13,015 nucleotides of DNA from Candidatus Krumholzibacteriia bacterium (GTDB lineage: Bacteria; Krumholzibacteriota; Krumholzibacteriia; LZORAL124-64-63). Below are positions 1 to 7,149 of the stretch, piece after piece. Position 1 is the stretch's first letter. Every line of letters starts with the position of its first letter. The notes under the pieces are model-generated. The model saw only the letters and a program-made list of their open reading frames with translations, was not told where the DNA came from and searched no databases. Location of the stretch: the NCBI GenBank assembly GCA_046484865.1, contig JAWOID010000120.1, positions 1 through 13,015 on the forward strand, written 5' to 3'. Position numbers and translations under genes: made by a program.

Positions 1-5
1 ATCAT
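1..5 (-). CDS. possible start of a minus-strand gene running off the left edge
   Basis: Reverse complement of 1-20 reads TGAATGGAGAAGGGG-ATG-AT: a purine-rich SD-like tract directly before an ATG (CAT at 3-5). Only one full codon is visible. Confidence 0.3.
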
Positions 6-14
6 CCCCTTCTC

Positions 15-121
15 CATTCAATGGGTCGCACGTCGCACGTCGCAGGCTGGAAAATTTTCACCTGCGGTACCGTCTTTTTCTTGCCTGTGACTTGTGACTT
101 GTGACCTGTGACTCATTCAAT
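15..121. repeat. heptamer tandem-repeat inverted element flanked by 8-bp direct repeats
   Basis: GTCGCAC-GTCGCAC-GTCGCAG-GC (25-47) faces GC-CTGTGAC-TTGTGAC-TTGTGAC-CTGTGAC (83-112) as an imperfect inverted repeat. CATTCAAT occurs at 15-22 and 114-121. Confidence 0.75.
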
Positions 122-122
122 C

Positions 123-203
123 ACCGCCCCGGCCGGCGTCTACTTCGTCCACTTCCGAGCCGGCGCGGAGAAATCAGCCGCGAAGATCGTGATGATCAAG
201 TAG
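123..203 (+). pseudogene. 3' remnant of a gene with a FlgD-Ig/T9SS-type-A-like C-terminal domain
   Basis: Frame 3 reads TAPAGVYFVHFRAGAEKSAAKIVMIK-stop (TAG 201-203), matching the tail SASGVYLYRLETSGRTEVRRMVMLK of the 8776-10779 protein. An in-frame TGA at 102-104 leaves no upstream body. Confidence 0.75.
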
Positions 204-250
204 GTCGATCCGACCAGCATCCGGAGCGGCGACGGTCCGGGACGAGCAGA

Positions 251-275
251 GGGGGCGGCCGTGACGGCCGCCCCC
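251..275. terminator. GC-rich hairpin, probable terminator between convergent genes
   Basis: GGGGGCGGCCG-TGA-CGGCCGCCCCC is a perfect 11-bp stem between the sorting-domain remnant (+) and the SDR stop (-). There is no clear U-tract. Confidence 0.55.
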
Positions 276-339
276 CGGGTTCGACGGAAAGGGGAAGTCC
301 CCAGGACCGGCCCACGGGCGGCGCTCTCCTCGGCGAAAC

Positions 340-1116
340 TTACGCAGTATATCCGCCATCGATCACGAGATCGGTTCCGGTCACGTAGGCCGCTTCGTCC
401 GAGCTGAGGAAGAGGATCGCCGCGGCTATCTCCTTCGGGTCCGCGACACGCCCCAGCGGCGTGCCTGCCGCAATCGCGTCCCATGCTCCCGCCTCTCCGT
501 GCTCTCGCTTCAGCGCCTCGAAGAACGGCATCTTATCCCACATGGGCGTCATCACTCCAGCCGGCACCACCGTGTTCACGCGAATTCCGTCCGCAGCACA
601 TTCGATGGCCACCGATTTGGCGAGCAGCCGCAACCCCGCCTTGCTCGAGCAGTAGGCCGCGGCTCCACCACTCGCCTTGAGACCCGAGGCCGACGAAACG
701 AGCACGATACTTCCACCCCGGGCCCGTTTCTTCATCGCCCGAACGGCGTGCTTGATCCCCAGGAAGGCACCGTCGAGATTGACGGAATGCACGTGTCGCC
801 ATTCCTCGAGCGACATCTCCCACACGGGTTTCGCGAACGCAATCCCCGCGCTCGCCACCAGCACGTCCAGGCCGCCCCAGCGATCGACGACGTCCGCAAT
901 GGCTGCTTGCCATTCCTCCTCAACGCGTACGTCCATGACGCGAGCGTGAGCGTCACCACCCCCATCTCGGACTCTGCCTGCGACCGTCTCGGCCTGCGTC
1001 CCGTCCAGGTCCGTCACCTCCACCCACGCCCCCTCGGCCGCGAACGCTGCCGCCGTCGCCTCGCCGATGCCCGATCCGGCTCCGGTCACGAGTACCGTCT
1101 TCCCTTGAAAGCGCAT
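340..1116 (-). CDS. short-chain dehydrogenase/reductase (classical SDR, FabG-like), 258 aa
   Basis: TGAGSGIG (TGxxxGxG) cofactor motif, acidic residue after beta-2 (VTDLD, suggests NAD), catalytic YCSSK (YxxxK), IRVNTVVP and C-terminal YVTGTDLVIDGG. Confidence 0.96.
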   Translation of the reverse strand: MRFQGKTVLVTGAGSGIGEATAAAFAAEGAWVEVTDLDGTQAETVAGRVRDGGGDAHARVMDVRVEEEWQAAIADVVDRWGGLDVLVASAGIAFAKPVWEMSLEEWRHVHSVNLDGAFLGIKHAVRAMKKRARGGSIVLVSSASGLKASGGAAAYCSSKAGLRLLAKSVAIECAADGIRVNTVVPAGVMTPMWDKMPFFEALKREHGEAGAWDAIAAGTPLGRVADPKEIAAAILFLSSDEAAYVTGTDLVIDGGYTA

Positions 1117-1645
1117 TCTCGTACCATTCGGGTTGCGTCAAGCTGCGGGCGGCGCCGGCGAGGCTCGAGGGTACTTGACGGACGAGGACGTTGCCAGAGA
1201 CACTTCGAGAGGGTATCCCTCGACACCTTCGGGGGCCCACAGGGCTGACGCGTTTTGGGGAAACTCCTCACCAGCGAACACTTGATCGCCCAATCTCATC
1301 TGTGTTAGATTCCGAACTCGTTGGGTCCTGGGGGGGACTCGTGGTTTTCCTGCCTAGCTGACGTCGTGCCTGCATCTTGACCTTGCTTTGTTCCCATGAT
1401 GTGAGCTCGGGACAATCCTGCGGCTGATATCTCGACGAGATCGCCATCCAGTTCGGCGGCTGCGCCGATGGCGCTCCCAGGTTCCCGGCCACGTGGGCCG
1501 GCGGCTGGAATTGCTGGTCGACCGGGGAGCGCAACCGGTGCTCGATGTGATTCACCATGAGGTGATGATCTCGGGCACAGGCCAGGAACCCTGGGCGAAT
1601 ACGCCGGGGGTTCGATATCACGACCGTTATGAAGGGAGACTGCTC

Positions 1646-3133
1646 ATGAGAACGAGAACATGGGTGATCTGGCTCGCTGCGGCGTCGTTCGCCATCCTGG
1701 CTGCCGGCTGTACGGACGAGCGCGGGGTGGAACCGCCGATCACGACCGGCGGCGGGGGATCGTCCACGAACCTGGTCGACCCGGAGCTGGTCGCCGGACA
1801 GATCGTGGAGGCGAGCGGCTGGCAGTTCGATCCGGACGTGGAACTGCCCGCCCAACTCGGGCTGCTACAAGACAAGAGTCTCTGTAACGACATTCTCGAC
1901 ATGACCCGCGAGACGCTCGTGGGCGACGTGGCCCACTATGCCTGGACCATTCCCGTCGGCCCGGGACCACACGACATCATCCGGCTGCACCGGGTCGTCA
2001 GGGAGCGTGATCCCTACCGTCCTTGTCCGACGCCCGACAGCATCTTCCTGCAGCATGGCGACGCCGTGGGATTCGTGAAGTTCCTCTTCGGGCCAGCCGC
2101 CCCGTCCGCGCCCGACGATCACGCGGCGGCCATTTACCTCGCGCAGAACGACGTGGACGTCTGGGGCATTGACCAGAACTGGGCCCTCGTGCCCGCCGGC
2201 ACCTCCGACTTCTCGTTCATGGCCGGCTGGGGCATGGACAACCAGATCGCCAACCTGCGCGTGGGGCTCGCGGTGGCGCGGCTGGTGCGAGCCTTCACCG
2301 GCGGCGGCTTCGACCGGATGCACCTGCTGGGCTACAGCAGCGGCGGCTGGCTGGGGTTCGCGTACCTGAACGACGAGGTCATGCGACCCAAGCCGGAGCG
2401 GCACGTCCGGGGGTTCGTCAATGCCGACGCCAGCTTCAAGTGTGGTCCGGACGACGAAGCCGGACGCCTTCTGCGGTGCGCGCAGGTGGCCGATTACCGG
2501 CAACAGTTCGAGAGCGGCGTCTATGGCTTCGCGCCGGGATTCGTCGAGATCGGCGGCTTGGCCCTCGCGGATCCGGATGGTCCTTCCCCGCTGATTCCAG
2601 GACTCACCAATCGCCAGGCGGTGCTGTTCCTCGTGACCGCCTCCTGGCGCGTCGCGCCGATCCTTCCCTGGTGGCATTACTGGGGCGGCGTGTTCGACGG
2701 CGATCCTGAAGATCCCGCGAGCCTGCCCGTGGACACCCGCTTCCAGCCGCTCGACTACGCCCTGGAATTCATGGTCGCCGGGGCGCCCTTCCAGGCCGTG
2801 CGCTTCGTCTTCGATTACAACATGATCACCTGCGATGAAGAGGACGTCCCCTGGGACGACAACCTGTCGCGCATCACGATCCCCATCCTGAACCTCGGCG
2901 CCGTTGCCGGCCTCGCGCCCAGCGCCGAGCACACCCTGAGCCTCCTGGGCAGCACGGACATCCAGCACGTCATCGCGTCGGAGCTGCCGCCGGAGCGCAG
3001 GTACGAGGACTGGGGGCACATCGACATCTGGACGGCCACGCACGCGCAGCAGCTCGTCTGGGAGCCGCTGCTGCAGTGGATCCGAGATCATCGCGGCCGC
3101 GAGGGGAGCGCCGGCCTGGCCGCTGTTCACTGA
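1646..3133 (+). CDS. alpha/beta-hydrolase-fold lipoprotein, 495 aa
   Basis: ATG 1646 follows GAAGGGAG, preferred over the ORF-track start at 1493. Signal peptide II with LAAG-C22, HG oxyanion-like motif (FLQHGD), nucleophile elbow HLLGYSSGG (Ser codon 2336), and C-terminal GHID (candidate catalytic His). Confidence 0.85.
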   Translation: MRTRTWVIWLAAASFAILAAGCTDERGVEPPITTGGGGSSTNLVDPELVAGQIVEASGWQFDPDVELPAQLGLLQDKSLCNDILDMTRETLVGDVAHYAWTIPVGPGPHDIIRLHRVVRERDPYRPCPTPDSIFLQHGDAVGFVKFLFGPAAPSAPDDHAAAIYLAQNDVDVWGIDQNWALVPAGTSDFSFMAGWGMDNQIANLRVGLAVARLVRAFTGGGFDRMHLLGYSSGGWLGFAYLNDEVMRPKPERHVRGFVNADASFKCGPDDEAGRLLRCAQVADYRQQFESGVYGFAPGFVEIGGLALADPDGPSPLIPGLTNRQAVLFLVTASWRVAPILPWWHYWGGVFDGDPEDPASLPVDTRFQPLDYALEFMVAGAPFQAVRFVFDYNMITCDEEDVPWDDNLSRITIPILNLGAVAGLAPSAEHTLSLLGSTDIQHVIASELPPERRYEDWGHIDIWTATHAQQLVWEPLLQWIRDHRGREGSAGLAAVH

Positions 3134-3157
3134 CCAGGACGAAGGCCTCCGAGCACG

Positions 3158-3191
3158 GGGTCCGGGTGGCCGGGATGGGCCGCCCGGACCC
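3158..3191. terminator. hairpin between convergent genes, probable bidirectional terminator
   Basis: GGGTCCGGGTGGCC-GGGATG-GGCCGCCCGGACCC forms a 14-bp stem with one G.U, between stops at 3133 (+) and 3244 (-). Confidence 0.55.
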
Positions 3192-3243
3192 GGCCCCGGC
3201 AGGTGCGTCGGCCTACCAGACGAACGTCTGCGGCTCGGCCTGC

Positions 3244-3975
3244 TTAGCGGTAAATCGCCTTCAGGTCTCCCCAGGTCACCGTGCTCGCAGGGACCGGTCC
3301 GCAAGCGCCATCTTCGGTGCGCGAGAGGGCGGTGATCTCGTGCAGGTCCCCGCCGAGCATCCGGCAGTAGGTCCTCGTCCCGTAGACATCGACGACCACC
3401 CCGACCAGGCTCGGCGCAGGTTCGCCGGCCAGGCTCTCCAGGGTCGGACCATCGAGGTCGACGCCGACGGGCTCGGTCCAGCAATCGTCCGGGCAGAGTT
3501 CGACCCGATAGGTCAGAGTTCCCGTGTCGTACGCAATGCTGCCTCGGGCGAACGGCACCGAGCCGCAGGCGACCAGTGCGTAGCTGCGCATGTCGGCGCC
3601 GCAGTTCGCGTCGAGGGGCTCGAGGCCGCCATCTGCCCTGATGGCGTACGGCTGGTAGCGGTAGACGGCGGCGTCCGCAGGGGCGGGCAGCACCGCGGTC
3701 GCGGTGTACACCGGGAAGCCTTCGTCGCCCGGTTGCGGCTCGAAAGGCAGCGGCTCCTCCGGGAGCGTGACGGACGGCGCGCAGACACCGATCGCTTCTC
3801 GCACGAGCACGAGCCCCGTGAAGGTCCCTTCCACGTCCGGGTATATCGTTCCGGAAATCGTCACCACGTGGGAACCGGCGTCGCAGAATCCGGTCGCCGT
3901 GCCCTGCAGGGCCCTCGCCCCGGTCGCCGAGCCGAGAACCAGGCATATCACGGACACCGGGAGAAGCACTCGCAT
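3244..3975 (-). CDS. secreted Cys-rich hypothetical protein with C-terminal TWGxxKxxYR motif, 243 aa
   Basis: GGAGG 7 nt before ATG 3975, preferred over 4128. Signal peptide MRVLLPVSVICLVLGSATGARA, 8 Cys in the mature part, ends PVPASTVTWGDLKAIYR-stop. Confidence 0.85.
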   Translation of the reverse strand: MRVLLPVSVICLVLGSATGARALQGTATGFCDAGSHVVTISGTIYPDVEGTFTGLVLVREAIGVCAPSVTLPEEPLPFEPQPGDEGFPVYTATAVLPAPADAAVYRYQPYAIRADGGLEPLDANCGADMRSYALVACGSVPFARGSIAYDTGTLTYRVELCPDDCWTEPVGVDLDGPTLESLAGEPAPSLVGVVVDVYGTRTYCRMLGGDLHEITALSRTEDGACGPVPASTVTWGDLKAIYR

Positions 3976-4019
3976 CTCTGGACCTCCCGGGTTCTGGAGA
4001 AGGCACTCATGGCTAACAG

Positions 4020-4055
4020 CCCATTGACGATAGCAGAGAATCAATGTCAAATGGG
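4020..4055. promoter_or_regulatory. AT-richer inverted-repeat site in a divergent intergenic region
   Basis: CCCATTGAC...GTCAAATGGG inverted repeat with nested CATTGA-N13-TCAATG. It contains TTGACG (+, 4024-4029) and TTGACA (-, 4050-4045), but -10 boxes at 17-bp spacing are poor. Confidence 0.35.
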
Positions 4056-4176
4056 ACTGAAAATGGGTCGTGTCAGGTCTGACGTTCGGCTTCGCGACAG
4101 TCCCTCCCGACGCCTCCGCGCAGGTCACACGGCCATCGCATGTGAGGGTGACCGAGCGAGGGGCGAGGAGTTCCCC

Positions 4177-5352
4177 GTGGGATCGAGTCTGGGAGCATCA
4201 TTTCGAGGATTCCCCCCCTCGGGATGGATCGTCGTCCTCCTCGCCGCATTGCTTCTGGCCACCGGGTGCGACGAGGACGACCCCACCGAACCTGGACCTT
4301 CGCCTTCGGTCTGGCAGGAGGTCGAACTGGACCATTTGCCCGCCAGTGTGGCGGTGCTGGACATCGCCTTCGAGGCGGATCGGGGACTCGCGCTGGGGGT
4401 GGCCGCCGAACCTCGCACCCAGCCACCGTCCGTCACGATGACCTCCAGGCAAGCCCAGACGGGCCCTGCGCTGCTCCTCGAGCAAGGCGCCGACGGGACC
4501 TGGACGCAGGCCGGTGCCGATGCACCGCCGGCCTGGGGCTGGGTCATGGAGTTGGCCCTGGGCCTCACCGGCGAAGCTGTCTTCGTGGGATTCGACCGGG
4601 ACGGGATGTCCGCCACAGCCCGCATCGAGGACCGCCGCCCCGCATCGCCGACGGTATTCTCGGGCAGCGGAGCGCTCACGACCATCGACGCCGATGGCAC
4701 CTTCATGGTGGCCGGCGGGCTCTTTCCCCGAGGCATTCTCTGGTCCAGCACCGCTCCGGGCAGCTGGCAGGAGGATGACCCGCCCTTGACCGGCTCGGGC
4801 GAATCCGGCTTCTGGGACGTGGACGTGCGTGGCGACCGGGCGGTGGCCTGCGGTTTCGACGACGGGGCGGACACGCTGCGCGTGCTGGTCCAGCGGACGC
4901 GGACCGGTCCCTGGCAGAAGGTGGACCTGGCGGGCAGCGGGACGTTCGGTGTCTCGTTCCGGAGCGTCGCTGTCGACGACGCGGGCGCCATCTACGTCGG
5001 GGGCACCCTGGGCGCGGGCGGGCTGGACGCCCGGGCCTACCTCGCACTGCGCAGCGCCGGCGGGGAATGGACGGAGGTCGCCCTTCCCGACGCGCAGGGT
5101 CTCGGAAGGGTGAACGACATCCTCTTGGCAGAGGATGGCAGCATCTATCTCGCCTGCAGTGGCGAGTTGGAGGACGCCACGGCCACCGTCGTGCATGGGT
5201 CGCCATCTGCAGTGGAACGGGAAGTGACGCCGTTCCCGGGCGAGTTGTTCCAGCTGGCCCAGTCCCCCGATGGGACCGTCTACGCCGTGGGCCTGCGCCG
5301 GGAGGAGCCGGGAGGCGAGGAACGGGGCATCATCCTGCGCAGGCCCGGCTGA
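4177..5352 (+). CDS. lipoprotein, probable beta-propeller (repeated W-x-E/Q/K-V and GxxYxxG blades), 391 aa
   Basis: GAGGAG 6 nt before GTG 4177, hydrophobic stretch and lipobox LATG-C31. Recurring motifs WQEV, WTQA, WQED, WQKV, WTEV and AVDDAGAIYVGG, LAEDGSIYLA, SPDGTVYAVG. The fold is inferred. Confidence 0.8.
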   Translation: MGSSLGASFRGFPPSGWIVVLLAALLLATGCDEDDPTEPGPSPSVWQEVELDHLPASVAVLDIAFEADRGLALGVAAEPRTQPPSVTMTSRQAQTGPALLLEQGADGTWTQAGADAPPAWGWVMELALGLTGEAVFVGFDRDGMSATARIEDRRPASPTVFSGSGALTTIDADGTFMVAGGLFPRGILWSSTAPGSWQEDDPPLTGSGESGFWDVDVRGDRAVACGFDDGADTLRVLVQRTRTGPWQKVDLAGSGTFGVSFRSVAVDDAGAIYVGGTLGAGGLDARAYLALRSAGGEWTEVALPDAQGLGRVNDILLAEDGSIYLACSGELEDATATVVHGSPSAVEREVTPFPGELFQLAQSPDGTVYAVGLRREEPGGEERGIILRRPG

Positions 5353-5377
5353 CGCTGCCGGCGAGCCGTTCAGCCGA

Positions 5378-6949
5378 TCACTGCTTGCCGCACGCCGGCT
5401 GCCCGCCCACGGCCGGTGTGACGACGTCGCCGGACAGCTCGCCGATCACGCGTGAGGCCACCGCCAGCGACTCCCGCGCCAGCGCTTCCGTGTGGCGGGT
5501 GAGATACTCCCGGCCCCGGTCTGGATCCTTGGCGAGGAGTCGCGCCGCCGTGTCCTCCACCGCCGGCTGCAGCGCGAGCGCCTTCGCCTCGAAAGCATCC
5601 CAGGCCTCACGCGCGATGCCGATCCGGGCAGTGTAGTCCTGCTCGACGAGGTCGACCTGCAGCTTGAACAGCTCGCCGGCCGAGGCGGGTCCCAGCTTCC
5701 AGGTCTCCTCCGGCATGGCGAAGTGGAATTCCGACCGCTGCGCACGGGCGGTGTCGGCGCGCACGGGCGACATCCGGAAGGGCTCGGGGATGCGCGTGGC
5801 GCCCAGGTACCAGGGGACGAAGCCGCTGGCGCAGGGCGCCTCCACCGCCCGCCAGATCACCGCGCCCACCTCGGGGGGAAGCGAGGCCCGCTGCTGGACG
5901 ATGGTCGTGCGGTGCGTGGTCCCCCAGCAGATGGCCCGGACCGGGCCTCCGTGGGGGCCGTGCTCGCGATCCTGGACTGTGTCGAGCGCCGTCCCCTCGT
6001 AGTGGTCGCGGAAGATGGCCATGACGTCCTGGAGCGTGATCGGCTGCTGCGGGCGGACCGCGGCCGGCAGCCCCCGCTCCCGCGCCTCCTCCCATGACAG
6101 CGAGAAGTCGGGGTCGGCCAGCCGCGCCAGGCTCCACTGCCGATCGCGGTTGCGAGGATCGGTGTGGGACTCGCGCGCCGCATACGCGGCCGCGAAGTCG
6201 AAGGGGCCACTCTCCGGGTCGTACCAGCCGCGCTCGATCGCGTGCTCGATCAGCCGTGGCGAGCAGACGTAGTTCTCGCGGTCGTCGGGGTCCACCTCGC
6301 GGATGGAGAAGGTGTTGGCCAGGATCGCCACCTCATCGTCCCGCACCCGCCGCGCCACGTAGTGCTTCCCGCAGACCATCTGCAACTGCCAGGCCTCGTC
6401 GGGTCCCACGATGTTCAGACTGCGCCCGCTGGCCGCGTAGCCGAACCGGTCCAGCAGATCCGCGGCGATCTCCACCGCCTCCCGCGCCGTCCGCGCCCGC
6501 TCGGCCACGATCAGCCGCAGCTCGAAACCGATGCCGCCGTCGACCAGATCGCCACGAGCGGCCACGGTCTCGGGCGGATCCTCGCGCGACGGGCATGCGT
6601 TGCTGCCGAGGGCCACGCCCCATTCGTTGACGACCGCGCTGCTGTAGTCGGTCCCGGGGCACTGGTCCCACACGAAGCCCCAGGTCTGCTCCACCTGCGG
6701 CACCTCGCCGCCTCGCTTCAGCCGCACCACCGAGCCGGGCTCATGCTGCCGCCGCGGGATGCGCCACAGGAAGTCCACGTCCTGCGGCGTGTCGTCCTCG
6801 GTCTTCGCGAAGAGCAGCGATCCGTCGGCGGTGGTCCCGCGGCCGGCGATCAGGGTCGTGCAGGCGGGCGCACGGCCGGGCAGGAGACCGCCCAGGACGA
6901 CGAGCGCCAGCAAAAGGACGCCGGCGGCGGCGAGGCGGGTCTGGACCAT
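5378..6949 (-). CDS. secreted peptidase C69 family (dipeptidase A/secernin-like, Ntn hydrolase), 523 aa
   Basis: ATG 6949 after GAGAGG. Signal peptide ends APA, then CTTLIAGRGTTADGSLLFAKTED (N-terminal nucleophile Cys). Also VNEWGVA, ERARTAREAV, EAWQLQM, ANTFSI, FRDHYEGT and FVPWY, all typical of C69. Confidence 0.92.
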   Translation of the reverse strand: MVQTRLAAAGVLLLALVVLGGLLPGRAPACTTLIAGRGTTADGSLLFAKTEDDTPQDVDFLWRIPRRQHEPGSVVRLKRGGEVPQVEQTWGFVWDQCPGTDYSSAVVNEWGVALGSNACPSREDPPETVAARGDLVDGGIGFELRLIVAERARTAREAVEIAADLLDRFGYAASGRSLNIVGPDEAWQLQMVCGKHYVARRVRDDEVAILANTFSIREVDPDDRENYVCSPRLIEHAIERGWYDPESGPFDFAAAYAARESHTDPRNRDRQWSLARLADPDFSLSWEEARERGLPAAVRPQQPITLQDVMAIFRDHYEGTALDTVQDREHGPHGGPVRAICWGTTHRTTIVQQRASLPPEVGAVIWRAVEAPCASGFVPWYLGATRIPEPFRMSPVRADTARAQRSEFHFAMPEETWKLGPASAGELFKLQVDLVEQDYTARIGIAREAWDAFEAKALALQPAVEDTAARLLAKDPDRGREYLTRHTEALARESLAVASRVIGELSGDVVTPAVGGQPACGKQ

Positions 6950-6998
6950 TCTCGGGCCTCTCGGGTTCGGGTCGGGGTCCGCACGGGGAACGGCCGTC

Positions 6999-7007
6999 AA
7001 CATACCA
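6999..7007 (-). promoter_or_regulatory. candidate extended -10 promoter for the C69 gene
   Basis: Minus strand reads TG-G-TATGTT about 50 nt upstream of ATG 6949. Confidence 0.35.
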
Positions 7008-7049
7008 CATCTGCGGACCGCGGCCGCAGCACGATCAGGAATGTCTGGA

Positions 7050-7072
7050 GGCGGGACTATGCGATTGAATTC
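7050..7072 (+). repeat. copy 1 of a dispersed 23-bp intergenic element
   Basis: GGCGGGACTATGCGATTGAATTC, 21/23 identical to 11040-11062. Confidence 0.8.
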
Positions 7073-7149
7073 CGTCGGCGACCGATTGATCCTGCCGACT
7101 CATGCGTTGGGGTTCCTGAAGACCGGAACCCCCGACGAGGAGCACCTTC

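Noticed and set aside
65..72. CGGTACCG palindrome recurring at 12695-12702
   Set aside because: Only 8 bp long, and it also occurs inside a coding region (near 8847), consistent with chance.
15..121. Heptamer repeats or the 22-bp duplication at 10764 as a CRISPR array
   Set aside because: No unique spacers, wrong repeat length or number, and no cas genes.
1164..1223. GAGGGTA(C/T)CC-like motif at 1164-1174 and 1209-1221, matching 10828-10842
   Set aside because: An 11-bp match is expected by chance in 13 kb of GC-rich DNA, and the distal copy is partly methyltransferase coding sequence (PGGY).
1268..1645. Lower-GC stretch and the 195-aa minus ORF as a gene or RNA
   Set aside because: No recognisable protein motif, RBS or RNA consensus. 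It may be another decayed fragment, but I cannot support a call.
1865..4006. 713-aa minus-strand ORF and similar long ORFs (7057-8388, 8758-10791, 6164-7153, 11334-12605, 4198-5196, 499-1248)
   Set aside because: They overlap well-supported genes antisense or out of frame, have Arg/Gly/Pro/His-skewed composition and lack motifs. Such shadow ORFs are expected in high-GC DNA.
3076..4176. N-terminal 367 aa of the 758-aa ORF
   Set aside because: It is mostly antisense to the TWG-tail gene. The RBS, GTG and lipoprotein signal place the real start at 4177.
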